Below are positions 49,985 through 59,405 of a stretch of 64,000 nucleotides of DNA, piece after piece. The notes below the pieces were generated by a model, which saw only the letters and a program-made list of their open reading frames with translations, made no database searches and was not told the origin of the DNA. Positions within the stretch are counted from its first letter, which is position 1, and each line of letters opens with the position of its first letter. Made by a program: the position numbers and the translations under genes. Source of the DNA: Candidatus Hydrogenedentota bacterium. GTDB taxonomy: Bacteria > Hydrogenedentota > Hydrogenedentia > Hydrogenedentales > SLHB01. Where the stretch lies: NCBI GenBank assembly GCA_045863295.1, contig BTWA01000015.1, forward strand, positions 1 through 64,000, given 5' to 3'.

Positions 49985-52282
49985 TTACGTCATTGACTGA
50001 CGCGAATTGCCCATTTCAAACTGCAGCGCACTCACCCGTGTGCGAAAGAAAGCGTTCTGAACGGAGCCCGCAAGTGTTTCCGCGGAAGCGTTGTCTTCAT
50101 GCAAATCGATCACGGTTGTTGCGGCACCCTGCAAGACCGCGTGAAAGAGGCCTTCCATTTCCATTCGATCGTGGGCTGTGATATCTCGAGCCGCATTCAA
50201 ACGCGCTCCGGGCGTGTAGTAGACATCCTGGGTCAGTGGATCCGCCTTTACGTTGGCCGCTGCCTTCGCCGGTTCATAGTGCAGGTCGAGACTGGCCAGC
50301 CGTCTCGAGATAGCCAGGGAGGTCGACTCGTCGATCTGTAATTTCAGACAAGCATGCTCCGCATAGGTAGCGCACCGGTCAGCCAGACGCCGGAGTATCC
50401 GGACGGCCATCTCACGTGCGTCGACTGATTCTGAAACGTTCTTGCCGGTTAAATGATAAATACATTCCGCGAGTCCAGTGACGCCGATAATTCCGACGGC
50501 TCGATTCAAATCGAGATACGCGTCGCCGCCGTATTCAAAACCGAGGCGGGCAAAGGGACCAAACTCCTTGGATCCCGCCAGCTTTTCCAGGAAACGGGTC
50601 TTCTCATTGACGGAGTGCACAGCCAATCGCACCAGTATTTCAAGCTGCGCGTCCAATGCTTCCTCGCCTGACGCACGGTAGGCGGCTCTGGGCAGATTCA
50701 GCGTAACCCGGTGGGCAGCAAGTTGGCGGGGCTGCCAAACGGGACCTAGAGCGGACATAGGCTCTGAACGTTGGAAACAAAAGCGCACGGGTCTCCCCAT
50801 GGCCGCGCAGGATGACGCCAACAACAGTACTTGTTGGTGATCCGGGCACTCGAAAAACGAGGGAGTCACCCGAATGTTCAACCGGTGCGGGCAATGCGTT
50901 CGTCCGTTTTGCACCAGAAACTCCAACAGCGCGCGCATAAACGCCTGAGCAGTCGGTTCGAAGTGCGCGTACGATTCGTCAAAGCGATCACCCCCTGGTC
51001 CCACGGCGGGCTCGTTTGCAATGTACAAGGGTGTTGCCCAATCCATCGTCATCGAATCAAGGTGGGGCCGGGTTCGAGATTCCGCGGCCATGGCCATGGA
51101 CCACAAACAGGCTGTTTCCGTTAGAGCGCGATGATCGAGCTGGACCAGCCATGGTGCGGCAAACATGTTGAAGGAATCCCATTCGATCGGTACTGCAAAG
51201 TGGTTCCGAAGCACGTTACGCCATTGCGAGACCTGTGCAAACAAGCCATCCGGGCTCTTGGGCGGCCGAGCGTAACGGGCGTTGGAAGATTGAACCGATC
51301 CAAACCTTGCGACGAATCCGGGAGAATGAATCCCTGAGTGGAACCGGTCTATCTGGCCGAGATCGTGCACGTGTATCTCGCCTCGCAAATGCGCCTCGGC
51401 TACTTCGCGGGATAACACTTCGTTGAGGGCGTACTCGCGCTTGACATGGCGCGCAAGCGTTACATCTGTTGCGACGGGGTCCTGGGGGCCTTCGTGTTCG
51501 CCGTGATTGGGGGTACAGATCAGCCGTTCGGCGTCGTACAACGGTACGCCCAACCGCATATGTTTACGCCGGTATTCTTCCAGTCCGCGATCCAGCAGAC
51601 GAACATCCACCAATTCGCGCACTAGCGCGGCGGTAATAGTGGTAACGCTTGCTGCTTGAATCTGGCCTTCCACTTCGAGGGCGATAATCCGGGCGAGTCC
51701 TTCCGCCATGCCGGTTTCCCGGCGAAGCGCTTCGACAATCCGTTCGCGGTCCCAGCCGGTCAGGCGCTCGTCGCTGGTACGCACGATCATCCCGCCCGGA
51801 TCCTCCGCTGGCGCGGCAGGTTGAGCCTCCAAGCCGGCTTCCTGGAGTTCGCTCAACAGACTCCGCATGTCGCCCTGCCGGAGCCGGCGGATGCGATCGC
51901 GTTTGTCGCGATAGCGGGCAAACGCAAGCGCTGTGCGGGCGTGACCCATTTCAATCAGCACCTTTTCTACGGCGTCATTGATCTGTTCGACAGTCACTTT
52001 TTCGGCGCCGGCTTTCTTTGCAAGGTATAGGGCAACGCCGGAGGCTAAACTTGTTGCCCTATCTTTATCTTGTCCTCCCAGGGTTTCCGCCGCTTTGAAT
52101 ATGGCAGCCGCTATTTTGGCTTTGCTGAACGGTTCTTCGCGATTGTCGCGCTTGATGACCGAACACAACCCCTTGGGGGCCCGCATGAGCGCATTGTCGA
52201 ACGAAAGTTGTTCGTCGAATACGCCTTCGACGGCGTGTCCCGCTGAAGCGCCGTCGTTTTCCAAGTTAAACAAATCCATCAA
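49985..52282 (-). CDS. NrdD (class III ribonucleotide reductase)-like protein with ATP cones, lacking catalytic motifs and the glycyl-radical domain
   Basis: ATP cone VIKRDNREEPFSKAKI; second cone VRTSDERLTGWDRERI; RLGVPLYD, AHLRGEIHVHDL, VTLNLPRAAY, GVTGLAE, YYTPG, EGLFH; ends ALQFEMGNSRQSMT with no Zn-ribbon or RxxGY. Confidence 0.85.
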   Translation of the reverse strand: MMDLFNLENDGASAGHAVEGVFDEQLSFDNALMRAPKGLCSVIKRDNREEPFSKAKIAAAIFKAAETLGGQDKDRATSLASGVALYLAKKAGAEKVTVEQINDAVEKVLIEMGHARTALAFARYRDKRDRIRRLRQGDMRSLLSELQEAGLEAQPAAPAEDPGGMIVRTSDERLTGWDRERIVEALRRETGMAEGLARIIALEVEGQIQAASVTTITAALVRELVDVRLLDRGLEEYRRKHMRLGVPLYDAERLICTPNHGEHEGPQDPVATDVTLARHVKREYALNEVLSREVAEAHLRGEIHVHDLGQIDRFHSGIHSPGFVARFGSVQSSNARYARPPKSPDGLFAQVSQWRNVLRNHFAVPIEWDSFNMFAAPWLVQLDHRALTETACLWSMAMAAESRTRPHLDSMTMDWATPLYIANEPAVGPGGDRFDESYAHFEPTAQAFMRALLEFLVQNGRTHCPHRLNIRVTPSFFECPDHQQVLLLASSCAAMGRPVRFCFQRSEPMSALGPVWQPRQLAAHRVTLNLPRAAYRASGEEALDAQLEILVRLAVHSVNEKTRFLEKLAGSKEFGPFARLGFEYGGDAYLDLNRAVGIIGVTGLAECIYHLTGKNVSESVDAREMAVRILRRLADRCATYAEHACLKLQIDESTSLAISRRLASLDLHYEPAKAAANVKADPLTQDVYYTPGARLNAARDITAHDRMEMEGLFHAVLQGAATTVIDLHEDNASAETLAGSVQNAFFRTRVSALQFEMGNSRQSMT

Positions 52283-52356
52283 AGAGTTACCTGCGACTAC
52301 GGAGTGAGCGCCAAGAAGGCTGGTACAGACCAGTCTCCCGTGTTGTAGCGGGGGTG

Positions 52357-52385
52357 AGTGTAGCGGGCGTTCAAAAGGACTGCAA
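52357..52385 (-). promoter_or_regulatory. Candidate sigma-70 promoter for the nrdD-like gene
   Basis: Minus strand TTGCAG-N17-TACACT about 75 bp upstream of the start. Confidence 0.5.
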
Positions 52386-52523
52386 ACGAAGGTTTAGTTG
52401 ACAGCGGAACTCAGTCGTTCCGCGTGAATCATGACTGGTCAAGGCTGGCAAGAAAGCGTTGAACTCGAATGCCCTGGAATACCGAGGGAATAAGTGCCGT
52501 GAATCGCAGTCGATTCTATCCAA

Positions 52524-52973
52524 TCAGGTGAGCAGGTCTTTTAATTCGTTCATGAACTCGTTGAGGTCCTTGAACTGCCTGTACACCGACGCAAATCGCA
52601 CGTAGGCTACTTCATCAAGGCGTTTCAGACGGTCCATGACAGCCTGACCGATAGCATCGGTGGAGACTTCGTGTTCGGAAGAGTTGAACAGGTGGCGTTC
52701 CAAGTCATCTATCAAGGCTTCGACCTGGTCGAGGCTCACGGGGCGCTTTTCGCAGGCTTTTAGTATACCGCTCTTAATTTTCCAGCGGTCAAACGGTTCT
52801 CGGCGGCCATCTTTTTTGATGACCATCTGCGCTACTTCTTCGATGCGTTCGTAGGTCGTGTATCGTCTTTCACATTTTAAACATTCGCGGCGACGGCGAA
52901 TGGAGTCGCCTTCTTTGGATGACCGTGAATCGACGACTTTGCTTTCGAGGTGAGCACAGAACGGACAGCGCAT
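52524..52973 (-). CDS. nrdR: Transcriptional repressor NrdR
   Basis: MRCPFC...VVDSR...[21 protein letters not shown] cone [21 protein letters not shown]. Confidence 0.97.
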   Translation of the reverse strand: MRCPFCAHLESKVVDSRSSKEGDSIRRRRECLKCERRYTTYERIEEVAQMVIKKDGRREPFDRWKIKSGILKACEKRPVSLDQVEALIDDLERHLFNSSEHEVSTDAIGQAVMDRLKRLDEVAYVRFASVYRQFKDLNEFMNELKDLLT

Positions 52974-53000
52974 GGCGAATCCTTATTTCCCCTTCGGCCA

Positions 53001-53047
53001 CCACAAGATGTGAACCGCAACTCCTTGCGTTCGACAATATCTTGTGT
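53001..53047. promoter_or_regulatory. NrdR box(es)
   Basis: CGACAATATCTTGTGT (53032-47) closely matches acaCwAtATaTwGtgt; weaker CCACAAGATGTGAACC starts 31 bp earlier at 53001. Confidence 0.65.
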
Positions 53048-53056
53048 GTCGGCACC

Positions 53057-53085
53057 ACTATACCGGAAGCGATTGGGGCTGTCAA
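53057..53085 (-). promoter_or_regulatory. Sigma-70 promoter of nrdR
   Basis: Minus strand TTGACA-N17-TATAGT. Confidence 0.75.
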
Positions 53086-53630
53086 GAAAAAAAGGAAAGT
53101 CGCGTTTTCCCGTATGTGGTTTCCCTGTTTAAGGTTAACTCCCCTGCTTGAGAGGGCATTGTCACGTGAGCGTCATGTTCAATTATGACGCGTCCGCCGG
53201 AACTCAAAAGAGCGAACGTGCTCACTCCTTTCAGCAATTCGCTGTAATTGGAGAAATCGAACGGCGGATCGGCGTAAATCACGTCGAAAGGACCGGCGTT
53301 CTTGGAGAGCACCTCCAATCCCGCTGGCAGCTTCAGACGCATGAGGCGGGCTCGATTGTGTACTTTCGTGTGGGCGAGATTTCGTTTGATGGTGTCGATA
53401 CAGCGGAGGTCGGAGTCGACGAAAACACATGACGCGGCGTGGCGGCTAAGGGCCTCAATGCCATTCGCGCCGGTCCCAGCGAACAAGTCTGCAAAGTGTA
53501 GACCTGTGAGCGATTGGCCCAATATGTTGAACGAGGACTCCCGCACTCGGTCCAATGTGGGTCGTACGTTTGGTCCCTTGGGGATTTCCAGTCGCAATCC
53601 CTTCCACTCGCCAGCGATGATTCGTAACAC
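53082..53630 (-). CDS. rsmD: 16S rRNA (guanine966-N2)-methyltransferase
   Basis: LRIIAGEWKG, RPTLDRVRES, DLFAGTGANGIEALSR, ADPPF, YGKT. Confidence 0.93.
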   Translation of the reverse strand: MLRIIAGEWKGLRLEIPKGPNVRPTLDRVRESSFNILGQSLTGLHFADLFAGTGANGIEALSRHAASCVFVDSDLRCIDTIKRNLAHTKVHNRARLMRLKLPAGLEVLSKNAGPFDVIYADPPFDFSNYSELLKGVSTFALLSSGGRVIIEHDAHVTMPSQAGELTLNRETTYGKTRLSFFS

Positions 53631-53756
53631 GGATGTCCCCTGTCGTTAGAACTGCCGTTTGAGGTTCTTACGATATGGATGATTTCATTGGGTATTTGCA
53701 CGCGGAGCGATGGAGTAACTGAAACATAACATCTTCAATTGCTGTATTTGCCGGGT

Positions 53757-53962
53757 TGTGGAAAACCTGTGGACGACGGAGGCATGACAGTACCAATACA
53801 GCACAAGATTGGAGCCGAGGGCTGAATTGATCCCTGAACAAAACTCATTAAGTATCCTGTTTCCATGCGTTTAAGCGAATGGCCTTGTTGAAGCACCGAA
53901 GAAGTGCCGTCTCAGGGCACGTGAACAATAGCAGACACACGGTGTGGATAAGTTGTGGAAAA
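53757..53962. promoter_or_regulatory. DnaA-box cluster
   Basis: TGTGGAAAA 53757, TGTGGACGA 53768, TGTGGATAA 53943 (perfect), TGTGGAAAA 53954; two co-oriented pairs, each with an 11-bp offset, in non-coding DNA. Confidence 0.65.
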
Positions 53963-53997
53963 ACGCGTTCCAAACACGAAAATGCCGCAAGACCGGA

Positions 53998-55509
53998 TTA
54001 ATGGCCCATATGGGCCGCTTTGATGGATTCCAGTCTTGGAACCGTGTATGTACCCATCACCATCTGGTCGAAGATGCTGACGTCGGTGCAATAAAGCCTC
54101 GCATTCTCCAAGTTGATTTTCCCGTCCTTGTAGAGTTTCAGGAGATAGGACTCGAAGAGAAATGAATGCGACACTGTTTGCTGCATTCCCACGCGAATAC
54201 CGTCGGTATCGCCCTCAATTATGCCGTCATTGATGGCCTTAATATCATTGAACAGTACTTCAATGGCAGGGACTCGTCCGCCGCCGATTTTAGGAATTAG
54301 CCGTTGACAGACGACGCAACGGAGGGCGTCGCGTAATTGAAGCTTTACCAAATCGCGTTCGATGGGATCGAAGAAACTGACGATTCGGTTGACCACTTCG
54401 TACGCCGTGTTGGAATGCAGGGTACTAATGACCAAGTGGCCGGTGGCGGCTGCGTTTATCGCGGAGCGAATGGTGTCAGGATCGCGCATTTCACCGATAA
54501 CGATGGTGTCAGGGTCGTGCCTCAGCGCTCCGGTCACGGCCAGGCCGAACGTGGCGACGTCGATGCCCGTGTCACGCTGGGAGACGATGGCTTTCTTGTT
54601 TTTATGCACATATTCCACGGGATTTTCAATGGTAAGTACGTGGTAGCTGTAGTTTGTATTGATGTAATCCACGACGGAAGCAACAGTCGTTGACTTGCCG
54701 CTACCGGTCATGCCGACGACAAGGACCAAGCCGTGGTGATAGTGCGCAAGCGTCTCCATAATGTCACGGGGAATGTGCAATTCCTCGAACGACGGAATCG
54801 TTTCGGGTAGAAACCGGAAGGTCAAGTGTGGCGAACCGGCCTTAACGAAACACGAGACGCGAGAATAGCCCAAGCCGATTTGGTGGTAGTTGAAGCTGGC
54901 TTGCTTGGTTTCCTCGAATTCTTTCCAATCTTTGTCAGGGGCGATTTCGCGGATAAGGGAGGTGAGTTGGGTTGCGGAAACGCGCCCGAGGACTTCACTG
55001 GGGTGTGTATCGCCATCTACGCGAAAGTAAGCAGGTTGGCCCGGGCTGAGATGAATGTCGCTGGCCTTGTATTCGACCATGGCCTTGAAGATGAGTTCAG
55101 TGCTGAGGTGTTCGACCCGGTACAGGTCGCCTCGAATGCGCCAAACCTCCGGCAAGTTTACTTCCTCTGAAAACTTGCCGAGCCCTTCCAGTGCCCGTTC
55201 CAAGCTGGCTTCCGGCGAGGATGGAAATTTTAGTACGTGCCAACCGTCATCTTGTGAGAGGCTGCATACATCGCCATAACTTTGCGCGGCGGATTCCATA
55301 CATTTTAGGGCATACCCTTTGGCACGCGCGCGGACAGTGAAGGATTCGAACTCACTTTCGAAGTTGGCGCGTTCCGCCATGATTTCGACGGCGCTGGATC
55401 GGCAAATAATCTTTCTGGGCACGCCCTCTTTATGCCGTAAGACTTTTTCGGCTTCGCTGACAATCTGCTGGGCGGTCTTCTTATTGCCGACTCCGATAAT
55501 GAACTCCAT
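53998..55509 (-). CDS. PilT/PilU-family ATPase with N-terminal extension
   Basis: GGAGG RBS; ASDIHL, GMTGSGKSTT, TIENPVEY, ALRHDPD, GEMRD, TGHLVISTLH. Confidence 0.88.
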   Translation of the reverse strand: MEFIIGVGNKKTAQQIVSEAEKVLRHKEGVPRKIICRSSAVEIMAERANFESEFESFTVRARAKGYALKCMESAAQSYGDVCSLSQDDGWHVLKFPSSPEASLERALEGLGKFSEEVNLPEVWRIRGDLYRVEHLSTELIFKAMVEYKASDIHLSPGQPAYFRVDGDTHPSEVLGRVSATQLTSLIREIAPDKDWKEFEETKQASFNYHQIGLGYSRVSCFVKAGSPHLTFRFLPETIPSFEELHIPRDIMETLAHYHHGLVLVVGMTGSGKSTTVASVVDYINTNYSYHVLTIENPVEYVHKNKKAIVSQRDTGIDVATFGLAVTGALRHDPDTIVIGEMRDPDTIRSAINAAATGHLVISTLHSNTAYEVVNRIVSFFDPIERDLVKLQLRDALRCVVCQRLIPKIGGGRVPAIEVLFNDIKAINDGIIEGDTDGIRVGMQQTVSHSFLFESYLLKLYKDGKINLENARLYCTDVSIFDQMVMGTYTVPRLESIKAAHMGH

Positions 55510-55731
55510 GGCGTCCTCCCCCGAGAATGCGCTGAGAACACAAACTGGCTCGTCTGTTCCGCATCACTATACCGGTCCCTATGGCGGCGGTCAATGCATG
55601 GGAGAAAAGTGCGGCCGTTTTTGCACGGGAATCGCGCAACTAAACAGCTTGTTTGAATCGTATGCGCGGGATTTTTATACTGTATGAGGCATGTTTCAGC
55701 GATTTGCGACCCATCAGGGGAGGGGGTAACC

Positions 55732-55965
55732 GTGTCAGAGGAAGATATTCAGCCGGGGTACTTTCGCGATGCGGATGGCAATATTTGGCCGGATCGCCGC
55801 CAATTTGTCGAGCGCCGCAAACATAGTGTTGCGATCAAATTCAAAGATCGCCGCCAAGAGGGTCGCCGGAAAGCTAACGAGCATATTCAGGAAATGGATG
55901 CCAAGGAACAGATTGAAGAGGCCATGGTGGAATTTGAAGAACAGCACAGGCATCCGGAATCTTAG
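55732..55965 (+). CDS. Small hypothetical protein with DRR/ERR repeats
   Basis: GGAGGGGG RBS before GTG 55732; DRRQFVERRK...DRRQEGRRK. Confidence 0.65.
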   Translation: MSEEDIQPGYFRDADGNIWPDRRQFVERRKHSVAIKFKDRRQEGRRKANEHIQEMDAKEQIEEAMVEFEEQHRHPES

Positions 55966-56087
55966 TTGGAGCAATTCCGCCAATCCGGGCTGACATGCCT
56001 TCTTTGTCTCCCCTTCCCACGATGTCCAGTCTCTTGTCGTTGACTTGCGACCGTCGTTAGTCGCTGGAGACGATGGGTTCTTCCCAA

Positions 56088-56786
56088 TTAGTCCGCCTGT
56101 CTGCGGTGTTGAATGATAGTGAGTTTCTGCCAGATTTTGCGTGACAATCCGTTTGCGAGATTCTCGATGTCATTGGCGGCTTCCAGAACCACCGGCTCAT
56201 GAAACCGCTGCACATACAGCGCGGCGATTTTCCCGATAATCGACAGCATTTCACTGCAATAATCGAGGTATCGCGTCACTTGGAAGGGAGTGAGGTGAAG
56301 CCTGGGTGATGTGTCGGTTGGTTCATTGTCCCAGAGGCGACCGGGGTCCTTGGGCATTTGGTGCATGTCGATGACGTGGGCAAGCGCCCTCAACTCGTGA
56401 ATGGCTTTTAGAGCCTCTCTGCGCTTAATGCGTGATTCCACGGTTACCAGAAAGAATATGCCGCCACCACCGAGGATGACGATGTTGATGCCGGCTTCCA
56501 GCGCCGTTACAAACTCGGCAATGCCCAATCCGCCTTCGGGGGCACTCAAGATTATGGGTAATAGTACGAATGCTCCAATAAGGGCCAGAATTACGAAGGC
56601 ACTTGCCGCGCGCAGTGCATAGTTAGGTCTGTCAATCCACGCGGCACGGTCATGCGCCTTTCGTGCCACATCGAGAAGTTCATCGCACACGCGGGCAAGA
56701 TTGGCGTCGGGAAAGCGTTCGTGAATGCGCTTGCACAACGTTTCCGTAGTGGCAATGACCTTCGCGGCGTTCAGACTTTTGTACAT
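56088..56786 (-). CDS. Hypothetical two-TM membrane protein
   Basis: ERFPDANL, two TMs, AHVIDMHQ, RYLDYCSEMLS, LSRKIWQK. Confidence 0.75.
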   Translation of the reverse strand: MYKSLNAAKVIATTETLCKRIHERFPDANLARVCDELLDVARKAHDRAAWIDRPNYALRAASAFVILALIGAFVLLPIILSAPEGGLGIAEFVTALEAGINIVILGGGGIFFLVTVESRIKRREALKAIHELRALAHVIDMHQMPKDPGRLWDNEPTDTSPRLHLTPFQVTRYLDYCSEMLSIIGKIAALYVQRFHEPVVLEAANDIENLANGLSRKIWQKLTIIQHRRQAD

Positions 56787-56921
56787 GAGTCCAATCCGGT
56801 TGTCTTTGCCATAGGAGTATGGCAGTGAATGATACATCGCAACAGTCTACGAAAGAGAACCGCCTCTGGGGCGGCTGCCCTGGAGGCGGTTACGTCAGTC
56901 CAATGCATGCACGGCGAGGTA

Positions 56922-59405
56922 CTATTTGGTGTAGACCGTAATCTTTTCACCAATCTTGAGCGACGGATCGCTGGTCCAATTGTTCCATTTGTACAATACG
57001 TCCCGGCTGACGTTGTATTTCTTGGCAATAGTCCAAGGGCTTTCGCCACTTCGGACCGTATGTGTTGACTTCTTGCCTTGTTGCGAATCGGAGGCTTGAC
57101 CCGTAGGGGCCACCGCGCTACCGCTTCCCCCCACTTTGACCTTTTCGCCCACCTTCAGCACCGATTTGGGGGTCATGTTGTTCAGCGCGAGAAAAGCGCT
57201 GAGCGACATACCATATTTCTGCGCGATGACCGACGCGCTTTCTCCGGATGCGACCTTGTGCGTAGCGACAGCGGCCGTGGGAGCAGTGTTGGCATCATTG
57301 CCAGAGCCGCCGTCGACAATGACTTCTTGTCCAACAGACAGGGTTGATTTCTTGGTCATGCTATTCCATGCCAAGAGTTGATCGAGGCTGACGCCGTACT
57401 TGTTGGCAATTATCCAGGGGCTTTCGCCTGCCGCCACTCTGTGAGTGCGCTTGGTTTCCTTGGCGGCATTGGATTCAGCATTTGACACAACCGGCACGAT
57501 TTCCGCCGTTGTGCCCACCATTTCGGTCTCAGGCTTCACGGAAGCGTCGATCGTGACCGTGGGATTGTATAGAACGAGTTTGTCTCCCACCTGGATAACG
57601 GTATCTTTGGAGAGCTTGTTCCATGCGAGTAAATCGTTGACCTTCACACCGTACTTCTGTGCGATTGCCGCCGGAAATTCACCGGATTTCACTACATGAG
57701 TCACCGTGTCGCCAACGGGATCGTCAATCTTGGCGAGCTTAACGTCGCCGGAACTGGAGCCGCCGACCACAAGCGTTTCACCCACATTGATGTGCGACCG
57801 GTTTTGAAGATTGTTCCATTTGCGCAGGTCTGCAACGGAAACGCCGTATTTGGTTGCGATCTCGCCCAAGGTGTCCCCGTGCTTGACCTTGTACTGCTGC
57901 GAGTTCCCCCCTTTGGGGGCGGCATCCGTTTCCACGGCAGCAACCACGGCCGGTGAAGGTTCTTCGCTGGAGCCTCCTGGGATTACAAGTTTCTTTCCGG
58001 TATAGAGGCGATTGGCGTGTTTGATGTTGTTGGAAGCCATCAATTCGCGTTCATCCACGCGGTACTTCTTGGCAATGCCGGATATGGTATCGCCGCGCCG
58101 CACTACATGAACTTTTCCTCCACCCGATCTTCTGGCGCTGGGAGTGTCGGAGGCCAGCATGGTCCCCGTATCCTGCTTGGTTTTCGACAGGGCAGCGAGC
58201 ATGACTTCTTGAGAGCCCTTCGGGATCGCAATGGCGAATTCGCCTTCTCTCGGGGTCGCGCCTTGAATCAGTTCGGGATTCAGCCGCTTCAGGGTTCCGG
58301 TGGGCAGGCCCACCGACCGTTCAAGGCTGGCGAGCGAATAACTGCCGGATATGGTCATGCGCTCGATATCGTCGGGCGCTTGGGGTCGTTTTTCGAAACC
58401 GTATTTTTCAAAGTGTTTTCCTACAATGACCGTTGCCAGAAACTTGGGAAAGAATTTCTTGGTTTCCGTTTGAATGTGATTGGCCGCGGGGGGGGTCTCA
58501 AGCAGGCGCCAGAGATCGCGATCACCGCCGTTCATGGCAATGGCGCGCTCGAGGCCGTATTCGCCCATGTTGTACGCGGAGATAGCGAGTGGCCATTCTC
58601 CTTGAAACATGTTCCCGAGATCGGTGAGGTACCGTACGGCGGCCGCAGTTGCCTTTTCCCAATCACGCCGCTCGTCCACATATTTGTCGACGCGCAGACC
58701 ATACCGCCGCGCGGTGGCGGGCATAAACTGCCACATCCCGGCTGCGCCGGCGTGACTCACGACATTGGGATGAAACTGGCTTTCCACCATGGCAAGCCAC
58801 ACCAGATCTTTGGGCAAGCCTGCCTTAGCCAACTCGGTTTCGATGTGGGCGCGGTACTTAAAGCTGCGATCCAATCCGTATTGGAAGTTCTTGCGATACG
58901 CTTCCTGGATTTCATTGATCTCGTTTACAACCCGATCCGGCAATTGGGCTGGCACGGTGGACCCATTGGTATCGATTCCCAGTGAATTCAACGGCATGGG
59001 CATGGAGGGATCGCGATTGAACAATTCCGCGGTCTCTGCCGTGGAACTCAGGATGTGTGCGAACTCATCACGAAGGCCGTAGAACACGCCGGGGTCCAGA
59101 TCGGCTTCCACGAGCAGTTCCAGCATACGGTTGTAATGGCGTAGAGCGCCTTCGTTGTCGCCTTTTTCCTGGGCCTCATTGGCTTGGCGGAACGCTTCAT
59201 CGGCCGCGGCGAGCAACTCGGTTGTTGAAGGTTTGGAAACCGGCTCGAGGTCTTGTGCACCGACCCGAGCGACGGGTACAGGATCAAATTGATGTTCAGC
59301 GGTGTCTTTCGCGCATCCGGCGAAGAAGAGAGTTGCCCCTAATCCAGCCGACACCCAAAGACGCAGGGATTGTTTATGCACAGTAGTGGAACTCCTGCCT
59401 ATCAT
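56922..59405 (-). CDS. Lytic murein transglycosylase (MltD-like) lipoprotein with six LysM domains
   Basis: Lipobox FAGC; AMVESQF, AAGMWQFM, AYNMG; six H/Y-x-V-x-x-G-D/E LysM starts; start codon uncertain. Confidence 0.9.
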   Translation of the reverse strand: MIGRSSTTVHKQSLRLWVSAGLGATLFFAGCAKDTAEHQFDPVPVARVGAQDLEPVSKPSTTELLAAADEAFRQANEAQEKGDNEGALRHYNRMLELLVEADLDPGVFYGLRDEFAHILSSTAETAELFNRDPSMPMPLNSLGIDTNGSTVPAQLPDRVVNEINEIQEAYRKNFQYGLDRSFKYRAHIETELAKAGLPKDLVWLAMVESQFHPNVVSHAGAAGMWQFMPATARRYGLRVDKYVDERRDWEKATAAAVRYLTDLGNMFQGEWPLAISAYNMGEYGLERAIAMNGGDRDLWRLLETPPAANHIQTETKKFFPKFLATVIVGKHFEKYGFEKRPQAPDDIERMTISGSYSLASLERSVGLPTGTLKRLNPELIQGATPREGEFAIAIPKGSQEVMLAALSKTKQDTGTMLASDTPSARRSGGGKVHVVRRGDTISGIAKKYRVDERELMASNNIKHANRLYTGKKLVIPGGSSEEPSPAVVAAVETDAAPKGGNSQQYKVKHGDTLGEIATKYGVSVADLRKWNNLQNRSHINVGETLVVGGSSSGDVKLAKIDDPVGDTVTHVVKSGEFPAAIAQKYGVKVNDLLAWNKLSKDTVIQVGDKLVLYNPTVTIDASVKPETEMVGTTAEIVPVVSNAESNAAKETKRTHRVAAGESPWIIANKYGVSLDQLLAWNSMTKKSTLSVGQEVIVDGGSGNDANTAPTAAVATHKVASGESASVIAQKYGMSLSAFLALNNMTPKSVLKVGEKVKVGGSGSAVAPTGQASDSQQGKKSTHTVRSGESPWTIAKKYNVSRDVLYKWNNWTSDPSLKIGEKITVYTK

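Noticed and set aside
52283..52523. Cobalamin riboswitch upstream of the nrdD-like gene
   Set aside because: Only a short hairpin (GCGGAAC/GTTCCGC); no B12-box pattern recognised
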